From the NCBI RefSeq assembly GCF_000981785.2, contig NZ_CP011304.1, positions 1,740,001-1,772,000 on the forward strand: a stretch of 32,000 bases of DNA, read 5' to 3'. The position numbers and the translations under genes were made by a program. The notes under the pieces were generated by a model, which was not told the DNA's origin, made no database searches, and was given only the letters and a program-made list of their open reading frames with translations. Shown here piece after piece: positions 23,110 through 32,000 of this stretch (position 1 is its first letter; each line of letters opens with the position of its first letter). Source of the DNA: Microcystis aeruginosa NIES-2549. Its GTDB lineage: Bacteria; Cyanobacteriota; Cyanobacteriia; Cyanobacteriales; Microcystaceae.

Positions 23110-25182
23110 TTAGTCGATAACTTGATAAATAAACCGGAAACCTGACCAAGTTCCCAGATCAAAGGCGTATTCATCAATTAAACTGCCAGAACTATCCATT
23201 TTCAAGCCTAAATCTAATTTTAGATCGCTCCAGAAAGCTCTGGCTATTTCTAGGGGGTTAGTCAGGGTGAGCAGTTGGGTTGCTTCTCCCTTGAGGCTTT
23301 GAGTGGCATTGAGAAGGGTTAAGGTGTTGGGGAAAGGATGGCGACTGAGGATCAGGAGATGTTCTCTGATGCCCTTGGCTTGACTAATTTTCCAATGCCC
23401 TTGGCGGTCATTGGGGATGGTGGCCTTGGTTTTGTCCGCCACGACAAAGGGGGCTAATGGGCTGGAATTGCTGAACTTATCGGGGTTTTCTGGACGGGAA
23501 CAGTATAAAAACGGTTGGCGATCGCTGTCGAGGACAAGGATCAGTGCGTAGAGGGGTTGTTCTTCTTGATTCTCGATTTGATAGCGAATTTCCGTACCGA
23601 CGGGCAGAATTAAGTCATTTTTAGCGGTATTAGCCCCCCTGCTACCCGCAATTTTTTGGGTTTGTACCGTGGAGATATAGGTTTGATCGAGGCTTTCCAG
23701 GGTGACAATGACGGCTAAACCGGAGGATTCTTGATTGATCAACAAGTGCCACAATTTGCAGGCCAGCAGGGTTTCTAGTTGCGATTGCAGTCGTTTAATC
23801 CCCGATTTAATTGCTTCGTTGGCCGCCCCTAAACTACCGATAATTAGGGAGCCATTAGGAGATAATAACTGATAATTGCCAGTTTCTTCGCTACCAACTC
23901 GACTTAAGAGACAATCTACCGTTTGTTCGCCAATGTTAACCACGGCGGCCACATCGGGCAAACTGGCAAAGGTACTGGTAGCATCTACCCGTTCAATCCG
24001 GGTTAAGTTACTATCCAAACCGACGATTAAGCCGATTTTACTCGGAAAAACCCGCAATTTTTCCTCTAGAATCTGTCCTATTTCTAGGGAAGCAGCGGCG
24101 GATAATAATTGCGCTTTCGCTTTTAAACCCTGACGGGAGAGAATTTGTAGGCTGATTTCCTCCCCAGTCGCCTCAATAAAGCTCAAACAGGAGTTAATCC
24201 CGTAATTTTCTAGGATTTCTAAGGGCAGGCCGACCAGATTGACTTCTAGGGTGCGTTCATCAATAAGATTTGTAACAATTGCCGCTCCACCCCTTGACTT
24301 TTCTGGCTGTATATGATATGGCGGCGCAGAATTATTTTGATTACCGGTCAGGATTGCCGGTTGCTGTTGTTCACTGCTGTGACTAGCGACGAGATGACGG
24401 AGACGGGGAAAAGCGATCGCAATTGTCGGACTGGGGCAAGCTTGCCAGAGATACTGGGTGAGATCATAGGTGAATAAGCCGGCATTGGGGCTATTACCGC
24501 TCAATTCCAGGGCGATTTGCTCTGGTTTAGCGGCAGCGAGAATAACGCCGTTACTAGACTTATTTTTGAGGTTAAAACGGGTTTTAATATCGGCAGCGAA
24601 AGTTAATTCGGCGGGGTTAAGATCAGTAATGGTTCTAGAATAGGAACGAATGCGAAGATTACCGAGATAGGGCTGAGGTTGGGGGAGATGACTACTATCA
24701 AAAATCAAGCTAAACTTATCCGTAGCTAGACAGCGAGCCATCAGCAGGATATTTTCCTTAAGTAAAGCATTTTCTGCCCCATCAGCAGTAATAAAAACTT
24801 CTTTTCTGTCCCCAACACTGCCATAACCACTAAAGTGAAAAATGACCACATCCCCTGCCTTGGCTTGGGCGATCAGGTGTTCTAAAAAAGCCGCTTCGAT
24901 CGCTTCTCGACTGGCTTGTTGTCCCGTTAAAGTCACTATATCAGCATCCTGAAAACCAAAACGATAACGGAGAAGGTCTTTTTGTAACTCCACATCGGTA
25001 AGACAACCGGGCAGCGGCGGAATATTCGCCCCATACTGGTCAATACCGACTAAAAGAGCCAATTTTCGGGGATTAGGGGCGGCGAGAGCGGCCAAATGAC
25101 GGTTAAGGGTCCCTTGACTAATCGCCAAAGTCAGCAACCCCCAACCTGTCTGCTGGATCAATTCTCGCCTAGTTATGTTCAT
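23110..25182 (-). CDS. Caspase-fold (peptidase C14, orthocaspase-like) protein with a Tat-type signal and substituted catalytic dyad (pseudo-orthocaspase)
   Basis: MNITRRELIQQTGWGLLTLAIS...ALAAP is a twin-arginine signal. KLALLVGIDQY...GDVVIFHFSGYGS and SLIFDSSH align to the caspase p20 motifs HFSGHG and D(x)CHSG. His is replaced by Tyr (codon 24825-24823) and Cys by Ser (codon 24693-24691). A ~500-aa C-terminal region is unassigned. Confidence 0.8.
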   Translation of the reverse strand: MNITRRELIQQTGWGLLTLAISQGTLNRHLAALAAPNPRKLALLVGIDQYGANIPPLPGCLTDVELQKDLLRYRFGFQDADIVTLTGQQASREAIEAAFLEHLIAQAKAGDVVIFHFSGYGSVGDRKEVFITADGAENALLKENILLMARCLATDKFSLIFDSSHLPQPQPYLGNLRIRSYSRTITDLNPAELTFAADIKTRFNLKNKSSNGVILAAAKPEQIALELSGNSPNAGLFTYDLTQYLWQACPSPTIAIAFPRLRHLVASHSSEQQQPAILTGNQNNSAPPYHIQPEKSRGGAAIVTNLIDERTLEVNLVGLPLEILENYGINSCLSFIEATGEEISLQILSRQGLKAKAQLLSAAASLEIGQILEEKLRVFPSKIGLIVGLDSNLTRIERVDATSTFASLPDVAAVVNIGEQTVDCLLSRVGSEETGNYQLLSPNGSLIIGSLGAANEAIKSGIKRLQSQLETLLACKLWHLLINQESSGLAVIVTLESLDQTYISTVQTQKIAGSRGANTAKNDLILPVGTEIRYQIENQEEQPLYALILVLDSDRQPFLYCSRPENPDKFSNSSPLAPFVVADKTKATIPNDRQGHWKISQAKGIREHLLILSRHPFPNTLTLLNATQSLKGEATQLLTLTNPLEIARAFWSDLKLDLGLKMDSSGSLIDEYAFDLGTWSGFRFIYQVID

Positions 25183-25502
25183 CGGAAATTTTGGGTCTGA
25201 AACCCCGCCGTTCTACGGCGGCTTTACGTTAGAATTAAAAAGACCGTCTCGAAAACCAAGTGGGCGGACAGCACCTTGAAAACTCGGCTTAGGGAGTTCC
25301 GTTCAGAAAAGCTTGTCCGGGTAAAAAGTCGCGCGCAACAAGTACAAGAAGCGTTTAGTCAGAACCGTACCGTGGGACACACGGAATCGGGCTTCTGAAA
25401 TGGAGCGAAAGTCTGTGGACTCTGTGTAAGACAGTACATGGTTTTTTAACTGTGGTATGCGACGGTGGTGGAAGCAGAAACTTAAATCGTGAGGTTTAGG
25501 AA

Positions 25503-25525
25503 TCGCCGCACTTTTAGGGCGGCGA
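25503..25525 (-). terminator. 7-bp GC-rich hairpin just downstream of sat; weak terminator candidate
   Basis: TCGCCGC / 9-nt loop / GCGGCGA, 6 nt beyond the sat stop. No U-tract follows, so confidence is low. Confidence 0.3.
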
Positions 25526-25530
25526 GGATG

Positions 25531-26700
25531 TCAAGATCCTTGCATGGCGCGGATTAATTCGGCAGCCACTTCTGGACGGGAGAATTCCGGAGGTGGTAAT
25601 TCTCCTTTACGCAGCAGTTCCCGGACTTTCGTTCCCGAAAGGTGGATTCTTTCTTCTGGTAAACTGGGGCTAGTTTTGGTGGTTGCCATTCCCGAAGTGC
25701 GGGTACAGTAGAAAGCGTGTTCAAACTTCATCGGCACGATTCCCAATTCCCCAGGCTCGAACTCATCAAAGATATACTGAGCATCGTAGGTTCCGTAGTA
25801 GTCGCCGACTCCGGCATGGTCACGACCGACGATAAAATGGGTACAACCGTAGTTTTTACGGATAATAGCGTGAAAAATTGCTTCCCGGGGGCCAGCGTAA
25901 CGCATAGCTGAGGGGTTGATAGCTAGAATAACGCGATCTTGGGGAAAGTATTTATCCATCATGATCTCATAGCAACGCATCCGCACATCGGCCGGCACAT
26001 CATCGCTTTTGGTAGCGCCGACAAGGGGATGCAAGAATAAACCATCTACCACTTCTAGGGCGCATTTTTGAATGTATTCGTGGGCCCGGTGGATGGGATT
26101 ACGGGTTTGGAAACCGACAATCGTTTTCCAAGCTTTTTCGTGGAACATTTGGCGCGATTGCAGAGGATCGATCTGATATTTGGGAAACTGGGGATGAGGA
26201 TCGCGCTGAAGTAACCAAATTGGACCCGCGAGGTTAATTTCTCCCTGTTCGTAGAGGACTTTTACCCCAGGATGTTTCTGGTCGTCGGTACGATAGACGT
26301 TAACTGCTTCGTGGGCCTTATTGTAACGGTATTTTTGGGTTAGTTCCAGGACTCCGACAAAGTTGCCTTCGCTGTCATCTAAACGAATCCAGTTGCCTTC
26401 TTTGAGGGGATCCGCCACTTCTTCCCTAACGGAAAGAGTCACGGGAATTGCCCAGGGTAAACCATTGATTAGACGCATATCATCGACGACTTTTTCGTAG
26501 TCGTCCTGTTCCATAAAGCCTTTGAGGGGACTGAAACCACCAATAGCAATCATAACTAAATCCGAGAGCGCTCGTTCATCTAAGGAAACTCGCGGTAGTT
26601 TTTCAGCTAGGGCCAGAAATTCGGCTTTTTCGGCAGCGGTAGCAATACGATTAATTAATTGCCCACCGTGGGGCGCAATTCCTTCGGTCAGTACAGTCAT
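25531..26700 (-). CDS. sat: Sulfate adenylyltransferase (ATP sulfurylase)
   Basis: [13 protein letters not shown] and GRDHAGVG motifs, PUA-like N-terminal domain, 389 aa. Confidence 0.92.
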   Translation of the reverse strand: MTVLTEGIAPHGGQLINRIATAAEKAEFLALAEKLPRVSLDERALSDLVMIAIGGFSPLKGFMEQDDYEKVVDDMRLINGLPWAIPVTLSVREEVADPLKEGNWIRLDDSEGNFVGVLELTQKYRYNKAHEAVNVYRTDDQKHPGVKVLYEQGEINLAGPIWLLQRDPHPQFPKYQIDPLQSRQMFHEKAWKTIVGFQTRNPIHRAHEYIQKCALEVVDGLFLHPLVGATKSDDVPADVRMRCYEIMMDKYFPQDRVILAINPSAMRYAGPREAIFHAIIRKNYGCTHFIVGRDHAGVGDYYGTYDAQYIFDEFEPGELGIVPMKFEHAFYCTRTSGMATTKTSPSLPEERIHLSGTKVRELLRKGELPPPEFSRPEVAAELIRAMQGS

Positions 26701-26831
26701 AAAAATTTCTTTACATTGTCACGGTTTATCCTATCAGAAGTTGGTTAACCCTTAATCAAGGGGTTGGGACTAGCGATGATTTTCCAGTCGGAACAGTTTA
26801 CAATAAGATTTGTAAAGAATTATCAATAATT

Positions 26832-27536
26832 ATGAGCGAAAAAGTTGTTCTGATTGTCGGTGCTACGGGGGGGATCGGTGCCACTTTAGCGCGTAAACTA
26901 GCTGTTAATGGTCATAAACTCGTATTAGTGGCCAGAAATGCCGATAATTTATCTAATTTAGCTGGTGAGTTGCCTTGTCCCTCGTTAATTGTGCCGACGG
27001 ATATCACTAATCCGACTCAGGTGGAAACTTTGATGGCCAAAATTGTCTCTCATTACGGCCGGTTGGATGTGTTGGTTAATGCGGCCGGAGCCGGTGTGAT
27101 GAAACAATATAATAAAATCACGCCGGAAGATTTAGATAAAATGCTCGACCTCAATCTAAAGGGGAGTTTTTATACCTGTCAGGCTGCGGCTAATGTGATG
27201 AAGGAAAATAAGGCTGGTCATATCTGTAATGTGGTGGGAATTTTAGGTAAGCATTCTATGGCTATGGCTGCCGCTTATTGTGCTTCTAAATACGGGGTGG
27301 TCGGTTTTAGTAAATGTTTGGCCGATGAGTTAAAACGCTATGGTATTAAAATGACTTTATTCTATTTTGGTGGTGTTGATACTCCTTTTTGGGATCAGGT
27401 GAGCTTAAAAGTTGATCGCACTAAAATGTTAACCGCTCAAACCGCCGCCGATGCTATCTATTTTGCCATGAATGCTGAACCCCAAGCCGTCCCCATGGAA
27501 ATTAATATTCAACCCGATAGTCATCTCTTTTTTTAG
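26832..27536 (+). CDS. Short-chain dehydrogenase/reductase (SDR) family oxidoreductase
   Basis: GATGGIG cofactor motif, NAAG, catalytic YCASK. Confidence 0.85.
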   Translation: MSEKVVLIVGATGGIGATLARKLAVNGHKLVLVARNADNLSNLAGELPCPSLIVPTDITNPTQVETLMAKIVSHYGRLDVLVNAAGAGVMKQYNKITPEDLDKMLDLNLKGSFYTCQAAANVMKENKAGHICNVVGILGKHSMAMAAAYCASKYGVVGFSKCLADELKRYGIKMTLFYFGGVDTPFWDQVSLKVDRTKMLTAQTAADAIYFAMNAEPQAVPMEINIQPDSHLFF

Positions 27537-27549
27537 TCATCAGCTTTTT

Positions 27550-27598
27550 CAGTTATCAGTTATCAGTTATCAGTTATCAGTTATCAGTTATCAGTCAA
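27550..27598. repeat. Heptamer tandem array CAGTTAT x6 plus CAGTCAA
   Basis: Counted unit by unit. It lies between the SDR stop and the hppD start. Confidence 0.9.
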
Positions 27599-27676
27599 TA
27601 GCATTAAGTGGCAAGTTCGGAGTTTTATTTTCAATGTTTACTGCTCACTGAAAAAACCCTTTTTTTGACTTTATCT

Positions 27677-28762
27677 ATGTTTATTGATCATATTCATTTT
27701 TATGTAGAATCGGCTAAAAAATGGCGGGATTGGTTTGTGGGGGTGATGGATTTTCAGGCGATCGCAAGTTTAGTTAATCTCCACACACACACGGAAATAG
27801 TCGGCAATGGCATCCAAAAAGATAAAACTAAACAGATTATTTTTATCTTATCTTCTCCCTTAAATTCCCTTAGTCCCGTGGCGGAATTTTTAAGTAAATA
27901 TCCTGAAGGGGTGGTAGATGTGGCTTTTCAAGTGGAGGATTTAGACGCTTTAGCTAGGAAAATTAAACAGGATATTTTTATTCAGGAAACTGCTTTTTCT
28001 AGGGGGAAGATAAAAAGCTGTCAAATCTCTAGCATTGCTGATCTCAAACATACGTTAATTGAAAGACAGGGAATCACGCCAATTTTAGCCGATCCTAATC
28101 TGATTGAGTATGATATTAAGCAGCAATATAATCAGGATATTCTGGCAATTGATCATTTAGTTTTAAATGTTTTTCAAGGGAATTTAGAGTTAACAGCCAA
28201 TTGGTATGAGGAAAATTTAGGCTTTAAAAAAAGGCAAACTTTTACTATTAAAACGGAGCGTTCTGGTCTTTATTCTCAGGTACTTGTTCACCCCGAAACT
28301 GAATTAAAATTACCGATTAATGAGCCAGATAGTAACAGTTCTCAAATTCAAGAATTTTTAGATATTAATCAAAAATCTGGCATTCAACACATTGCTTTAA
28401 AAACGGAAAATATTGTAAAATTAACTCAGAAATTAAGAGAAAAAAAGGTAGAGTTTTTATCAGTTCCCGACAGTTATTATCAACAAATTAACTATCAAAA
28501 GAAAGCCTTTAATATTGCTGATTGGGAATGGTCAGAAATAAAAAAAAGGGAAATTCTCATCGATTTTGAACAAAATAGTCATTCCCTCCAGGAAAAGCCA
28601 ACTTTACTGCAAATTTTCACTAAACCAATTTTTTCCCAGCCGACTTTCTTTTTTGAATTAATCGAGCGACGTCATGCCGCTAGAGGTTTTGGAGAAGGCA
28701 ACTTCCGGGCCTTATTTGAAGCGATCGAACGGGAACAAATACAGCGAGGAACTTTAGATTAG
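27677..28762 (+). CDS. hppD: 4-hydroxyphenylpyruvate dioxygenase
   Basis: Two VOC-type barrels and the C-terminal signature FFFELIERRHAARGFGEGNFRALFEAIEREQ. The track ORF starts at GTG 27608 inside repeat-adjacent sequence. The in-frame ATG 27677 (MFIDHIHFYVE) matches the usual HPPD N-terminus better. Confidence 0.88.
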   Translation: MFIDHIHFYVESAKKWRDWFVGVMDFQAIASLVNLHTHTEIVGNGIQKDKTKQIIFILSSPLNSLSPVAEFLSKYPEGVVDVAFQVEDLDALARKIKQDIFIQETAFSRGKIKSCQISSIADLKHTLIERQGITPILADPNLIEYDIKQQYNQDILAIDHLVLNVFQGNLELTANWYEENLGFKKRQTFTIKTERSGLYSQVLVHPETELKLPINEPDSNSSQIQEFLDINQKSGIQHIALKTENIVKLTQKLREKKVEFLSVPDSYYQQINYQKKAFNIADWEWSEIKKREILIDFEQNSHSLQEKPTLLQIFTKPIFSQPTFFFELIERRHAARGFGEGNFRALFEAIEREQIQRGTLD

Positions 28763-28793
28763 AGTCAGAAAAGCGATAATTTTTCCCATGAGA

Positions 28794-29330
28794 CTATGAA
28801 CGATAACGTAATTCAATCACATCTTTTTTGATCGTGACATCATAGGAACCAAAAAAGGTTTGTCCCAAGAGTCCTAACCCTTCCATTTGGGGAGAAATAT
28901 TAACAATCTGATTATATAAAGTCATCTCGCCAGCTTTAACAGAATTAATGCGACCAAGATAACCAGTAACGACACCGCCGGCGGTATTATTGATTACTTC
29001 CCTTTCCCGTTTGACTTTCATCGCTTTTGCCATGGCATCGGTGAGGACGATCGAACTAGCTCCCGTATCAAAAAGCATTTCATAATAGTGACGGTTATTA
29101 AAAACTACCATCACCGTGGGAATGCCGTTAACCCGGCGTTGAATCGGTAGCTGATAAACTTGCGGGGAATTTTTCCTATTTCTGGATGAACCGCCACAGA
29201 GACGGCTAAGATCTATGTGTTGTCCATCTGCTCTTTGGAGAAAGCATTCCGATTGAGCGAGAGTCGCAGCGGTGAAGGGAAATAACAGCAAAGTGCTGGC
29301 TAATGCGATCGCAGAAATAGACCTATTCAT
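28794..29330 (-). CDS. Retropepsin-like (clan AA) aspartic protease, probably secreted
   Basis: Catalytic FDTGASSIVLT motif. The start is moved to the internal ATG 29330 (MNRSISAIALASTLLLFPF...), which yields a signal-peptide-like N-terminus. Confidence 0.75.
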   Translation of the reverse strand: MNRSISAIALASTLLLFPFTAATLAQSECFLQRADGQHIDLSRLCGGSSRNRKNSPQVYQLPIQRRVNGIPTVMVVFNNRHYYEMLFDTGASSIVLTDAMAKAMKVKREREVINNTAGGVVTGYLGRINSVKAGEMTLYNQIVNISPQMEGLGLLGQTFFGSYDVTIKKDVIELRYRS

Positions 29331-29413
29331 GGGTTTAACATCGAGAAGACCGACTCGGAAAAGAACGCTTCTAGCCCTATAATTCCCCAAAAATGCGGGA
29401 AAATAAGGGGGGT

Positions 29414-29761
29414 TTAACCCGGAGGCCAGGTCATTGGGCGATCGCCTAAGAGATGGACATGAAGATGATCGACGGTTTGACCCCCATGTTCCCCATTATT
29501 GATCACCACTCGATAACCTTGACTTAATTTGGCTTCGGCGGCCACTTTTTTAACAGTTAGTAACAAATGTCCCAATAAATCGCGATCGCTGTCGCTGGCT
29601 TCCTCTAGTTTCGGAATCGGTTTTTTGGGGATAATGAGGATATGGGTGGGTGCTTGGGGATTAACATCTCGAAAAGCGAGAACCAGATCATCTTCATAAA
29701 CGATCGAGGCTGGAATTTCTTTACGGATAATTTTGCTAAAAATAGTCTCGCTCATAGACAA
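29414..29761 (-). CDS. HIT-family (histidine triad) nucleotide hydrolase
   Basis: IFSKIIRKEIPA N-terminus and the triad HLHVHLLG. Confidence 0.88.
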   Translation of the reverse strand: MSMSETIFSKIIRKEIPASIVYEDDLVLAFRDVNPQAPTHILIIPKKPIPKLEEASDSDRDLLGHLLLTVKKVAAEAKLSQGYRVVINNGEHGGQTVDHLHVHLLGDRPMTWPPG

Positions 29762-29936
29762 ATTGCTTTTTTTTTCAACTATACCATTAAGCTCTCAGCT
29801 TTTCTGGTGAGGTTATCCCTATAAATACGCTGATTTTCTGGGTAAATTCCCAGATAAAATCATTTTTATGCGGAAAACTAGCCTAACATCCTGTTTCATT
29901 TTCCTAAGAACTCACTTTATTTTTACTTGAGCCAAA

Positions 29937-31463
29937 ATGTTAGCAAGGGTTTGGAGTGCGGCAATTATCGGTATTGATGCCATTAAAATCGGGGTAGAGG
30001 TGGATGTATCGGGGGGATTACCCGGAATTGCCGTGGTGGGTTTACCCGATACCGCCGTGCAGGAGTCGAAAGAAAGGGTAAAAGCTTCCCTAAAAAATGC
30101 CGGATTTGCCTTTCCCATCCGCAAAATTGTCATCAATTTAAGTCCCGCCGATATCCGCAAAGAGGGGCCAATTTATGATTTACCGATTAGTATCGGCATT
30201 TTAGGAGCCTCCGAACAGGTAGAAGCCGGTTTATTGGGGGATTTTCTCTTTTTAGGCGAATTATCCCTTGATGGTAGTTTGCGTCCCGTGGCGGGGGTTT
30301 TACCCATTGCTGCCGCCGCCGAAAAAATGGGGATCAAGGGTTTAGTGGTTCCCGCCGATAATGCCAAAGAAGCGGCCGTGGTCAAAGGCGTACAAGTGTA
30401 TGGGTTTCGTCATCTATCGGAAGTGGTAAATTTCTTAAATGAACCCGATCGCCATTCACCGATGACTTTTAACGCTGCCGAGGAATTTGGGCGATCGCAG
30501 GTAAATCTCCCCGATCTCAAGGATGTCAAAGGTCAAGCCATTGGCCGGCGGGCCCTGGAAATTGCCGCAGCTGGAGGTCATAACCTAATTTTTGTCGGGC
30601 CCCCTGGGAGCGGTAAAACCATGTTAGCGCGACGTTTACCCGGAATTCTGCCCCAGCTTACCTTTGCTGAATCCCTAGAAGTCTCCCAGATTCATTCCGT
30701 CGCCGGATTATTGAAAGATCGAGGTTCCCTGGTGCGCGAGCGTCCTTTTCGCAGTCCCCATCACTCCGCTTCCGGGGCAGCGCTGGTGGGAGGTGGCACT
30801 TATCCCCGACCGGGGGAAATCTCCCTTTCCCACCGTGGTATTTTATTTTTGGACGAATTAACGGAATTTAAGCGCAGTGTCTTGGAATATCTCCGACAAC
30901 CCCTAGAGGATGGTTATGTGAGCATTTCTCGCACTCGTCTTTCCGTCGCTTTTCCGGCCCGTTTTACCTTGGTGGCGAGTACCAATCCCTGTCCCTGTGG
31001 TTATTACGGCGATTCAGTGCAACCCTGCAGCTGTTCACCGCGACAACGGGAACAATATTGGGCGAAATTATCGGGTCCGCTTTTAGACCGTATTGACCTA
31101 CAAGTGACGGTAAATCGCCTGAAACCAGAAGAAATGACCCAAGAGAGTCGGGGAGAAGCTTCTGAGCAAGTGCGGCAACGGGTGGAAAGGGCCAGACAAA
31201 AGGCCAGCGATCGCTTTCAAAATACCGAGATTTGCTCTAATGCGGAGATGAATTCCGAGCATTTGCGGCGTTTTTGCGCTCTTGATCATAGCAGTCGCCA
31301 TATTTTAGAAGGGGCAATCCGAAAATTGGGTTTATCGGCCCGAGCAATGGATCGCATTCTCAAAGTTGCCCGCACCATTGCCGATTTAGGAGATAGTGAA
31401 ATGCTGAAAAGTTCCCACGTTGCCGAAGCAATTCAGTATCGCACTCTCGATCGTTTAAGTTAG
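29937..31463 (+). CDS. comM: YifB/ComM-family Mg-chelatase-like AAA+ ATPase
   Basis: Lon-protease-like N-domain, Walker A GPPGSGKT, Walker B ILFLDELTEF, Cys cluster NPCPCGYYGD...CSC, and a ChlI-like C-terminus. Confidence 0.9.
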   Translation: MLARVWSAAIIGIDAIKIGVEVDVSGGLPGIAVVGLPDTAVQESKERVKASLKNAGFAFPIRKIVINLSPADIRKEGPIYDLPISIGILGASEQVEAGLLGDFLFLGELSLDGSLRPVAGVLPIAAAAEKMGIKGLVVPADNAKEAAVVKGVQVYGFRHLSEVVNFLNEPDRHSPMTFNAAEEFGRSQVNLPDLKDVKGQAIGRRALEIAAAGGHNLIFVGPPGSGKTMLARRLPGILPQLTFAESLEVSQIHSVAGLLKDRGSLVRERPFRSPHHSASGAALVGGGTYPRPGEISLSHRGILFLDELTEFKRSVLEYLRQPLEDGYVSISRTRLSVAFPARFTLVASTNPCPCGYYGDSVQPCSCSPRQREQYWAKLSGPLLDRIDLQVTVNRLKPEEMTQESRGEASEQVRQRVERARQKASDRFQNTEICSNAEMNSEHLRRFCALDHSSRHILEGAIRKLGLSARAMDRILKVARTIADLGDSEMLKSSHVAEAIQYRTLDRLS

Positions 31464-31471
31464 GGTTTGCG

Positions 31472-31512
31472 GCAAAAAGTTTGTTGGTGGGGTTAGGAGT
31501 CGGTCGTCAGGA
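31472..31512. repeat. 41-bp dispersed repeat, exact inverted copy of 5174-5214
   Basis: gcaaaaagtttgttggtggggttaggagtcggtcgtcagga, starting 8 nt after the comM stop. It is followed by a CAGGAG-type module and the heptamer array. Confidence 0.9.
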
Positions 31513-31538
31513 TTCAGGAGGCAGGAGACAGCTTTTTT

Positions 31539-31566
31539 CTTCCCACTTCCCACTTCCCACTTCCCA
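31539..31566. repeat. Heptamer tandem array CTTCCCA x4
   Basis: Read directly. Confidence 0.9.
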
Positions 31567-31658
31567 CTTTCAAGTCAGAATAACAGAATGACCTCCCACA
31601 CAGCAAAAGCGATTAAGTAGGTAGGCGTTAAAAATTATCAGACACCCCCGTTATCAAG

Positions 31659-31688
31659 GGTAGGGTTGATTCATGAATCAACCCTACC
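31659..31688. repeat. Perfect 30-bp palindrome GGTAGGGTTGATTCATGAATCAACCCTACC flanked by 9-bp direct repeats
   Basis: The two 15-bp arms are exact complements. TTATCAAGG occurs at 31651-31659 and again at 31689-31697. An 11-mer ATCAAGGGGGG is tandemly duplicated at 31691-31712. Confidence 0.85.
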
Positions 31689-31755
31689 TTATCAAGGGGG
31701 GATCAAGGGGGGATTAAAGGCAAAATCCATTTTTAATTTAATTATAACCAGCTAC

Positions 31756-32000
31756 TTAATCGGGGGATTCTAAGCGTTTTTGCCATTCTCGATCGATTTT
31801 ATCGGAGCGCTCGATCTCTTGTTCGATATAGTCTTGATCGGTAGAATAACTAATATCAGCATCTGTAATCACTTTTTGGTCAGCGAATTGACGAGAGTAG
31901 GCCAGTTTTTGCTCTAATTCAGGATTATTTTGTGCTAATAGATCTGCTCTTTTTTCTCGCTGTTGATTGCGTTGATTAACTCGCTCATTTCTCCACTGCA
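31756..32000 (-). CDS. Partial CDS (3' end only, enters from the right edge): hypothetical protein
   Basis: The reverse-strand frame is open from the window edge to TAA (31758-31756): ...NQRNQQREKRADLLAQNNPELEQKLAYSRQFADQKVITDADISYSTDQDYIEQEIERSDKIDREWQKRLESPD*. No family recognised. Confidence 0.4.
   Translation of the reverse strand, partial: QWRNERVNQRNQQREKRADLLAQNNPELEQKLAYSRQFADQKVITDADISYSTDQDYIEQEIERSDKIDREWQKRLESPD

Noticed and set aside
21475-23113. ORFs overlapping the 550-aa gene, including the poly-Ser ORF 21836..22117 and the 110-aa ORF 22640..22972
   Set aside because: The poly-Ser stretch is simply the antisense reading of the poly-Asp/Glu triplet repeat. The others are Arg/Pro-rich alternate frames of a longer coherent ORF.
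25183-25530. Tried to read the ORF-free spacer as tmRNA, RNase P RNA, SRP RNA or a group II intron domain V
   Set aside because: - tmRNA: no GGGG...CCACCA acceptor ends or tag ORF.
- RNase P RNA: no GAGGAAAGUCCGG-type motif.
- SRP RNA: only a fortuitous GGAAGCAG.
- Group II domain V: the CACGGTACGGTTC stretch does not fold into the 34-nt structure with a GNRA loop.

The region is kept only as an unclassified candidate in the findings.
1-32000. tRNA, rRNA and known riboswitch genes
   Set aside because: No T-arm GGTTCGAATCC/GGTTCGATTCC-like boxes with matching acceptor stems, and no rRNA-like conserved stretches, were spotted on either strand. The scan was by eye only, so small RNAs could have been missed.

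Overview
Cyanobacterial chromosomal segment. The HIP1 octamer GCGATCGC is frequent (e.g. 102-109), and almost every intergenic spacer carries 7-nt tandem arrays (CAGTTAT, GGGTGTA, CTTCCCA, AATTCAT, CTTGCCT). The style resembles Microcystis, but that attribution is an inference.

The backbone is ordinary housekeeping:
- SAM methyltransferase plus a membrane desaturase-like pair, and quinone oxidoreductase.
- A secreted TPR protein and a DevB/DevC-type exporter pair.
- NUDIX hydrolase, gpsA, ferredoxin-sulfite reductase (sir), and a double-FHA ABC transporter.
- msrA, ATP sulfurylase (sat), an SDR, HPPD, a retropepsin-like protease, a HIT protein and comM/yifB.

Two visibly AT-rich islets interrupt this backbone and carry defence-like genes:
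1. 10760-13053 (- strand): a tightly coupled DUF262 (ParB-like, DGQQR motif) gene plus an R-x4-H HEPN-like nuclease gene, wedged between gpsA and sir. This is my best candidate for an uncharacterised two-gene system.
2. 18991-21291 (+ strand): an intact ABC-ATPase + Toprim/DUF4435-like (OLD/PARIS/GajA-like) gene. It is flanked by two decayed fragments, a helicase/nuclease C-terminus and a DUF1156 methylase N-terminus with an in-frame stop.

Other notable items:
- A Tat-signal pseudo-orthocaspase whose catalytic His/Cys are replaced by Tyr/Ser.
- A ribbon-helix-helix-like tail on sulfite reductase.
- A 348-bp ORF-free, hairpin-rich spacer.
- A composite repeat family always placed just 3' of stop codons, including an exact 41-bp inverted copy 26 kb apart.

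No rRNA, tRNA or CRISPR array was recognised. All family calls come from reading motifs by eye; no searches were run.
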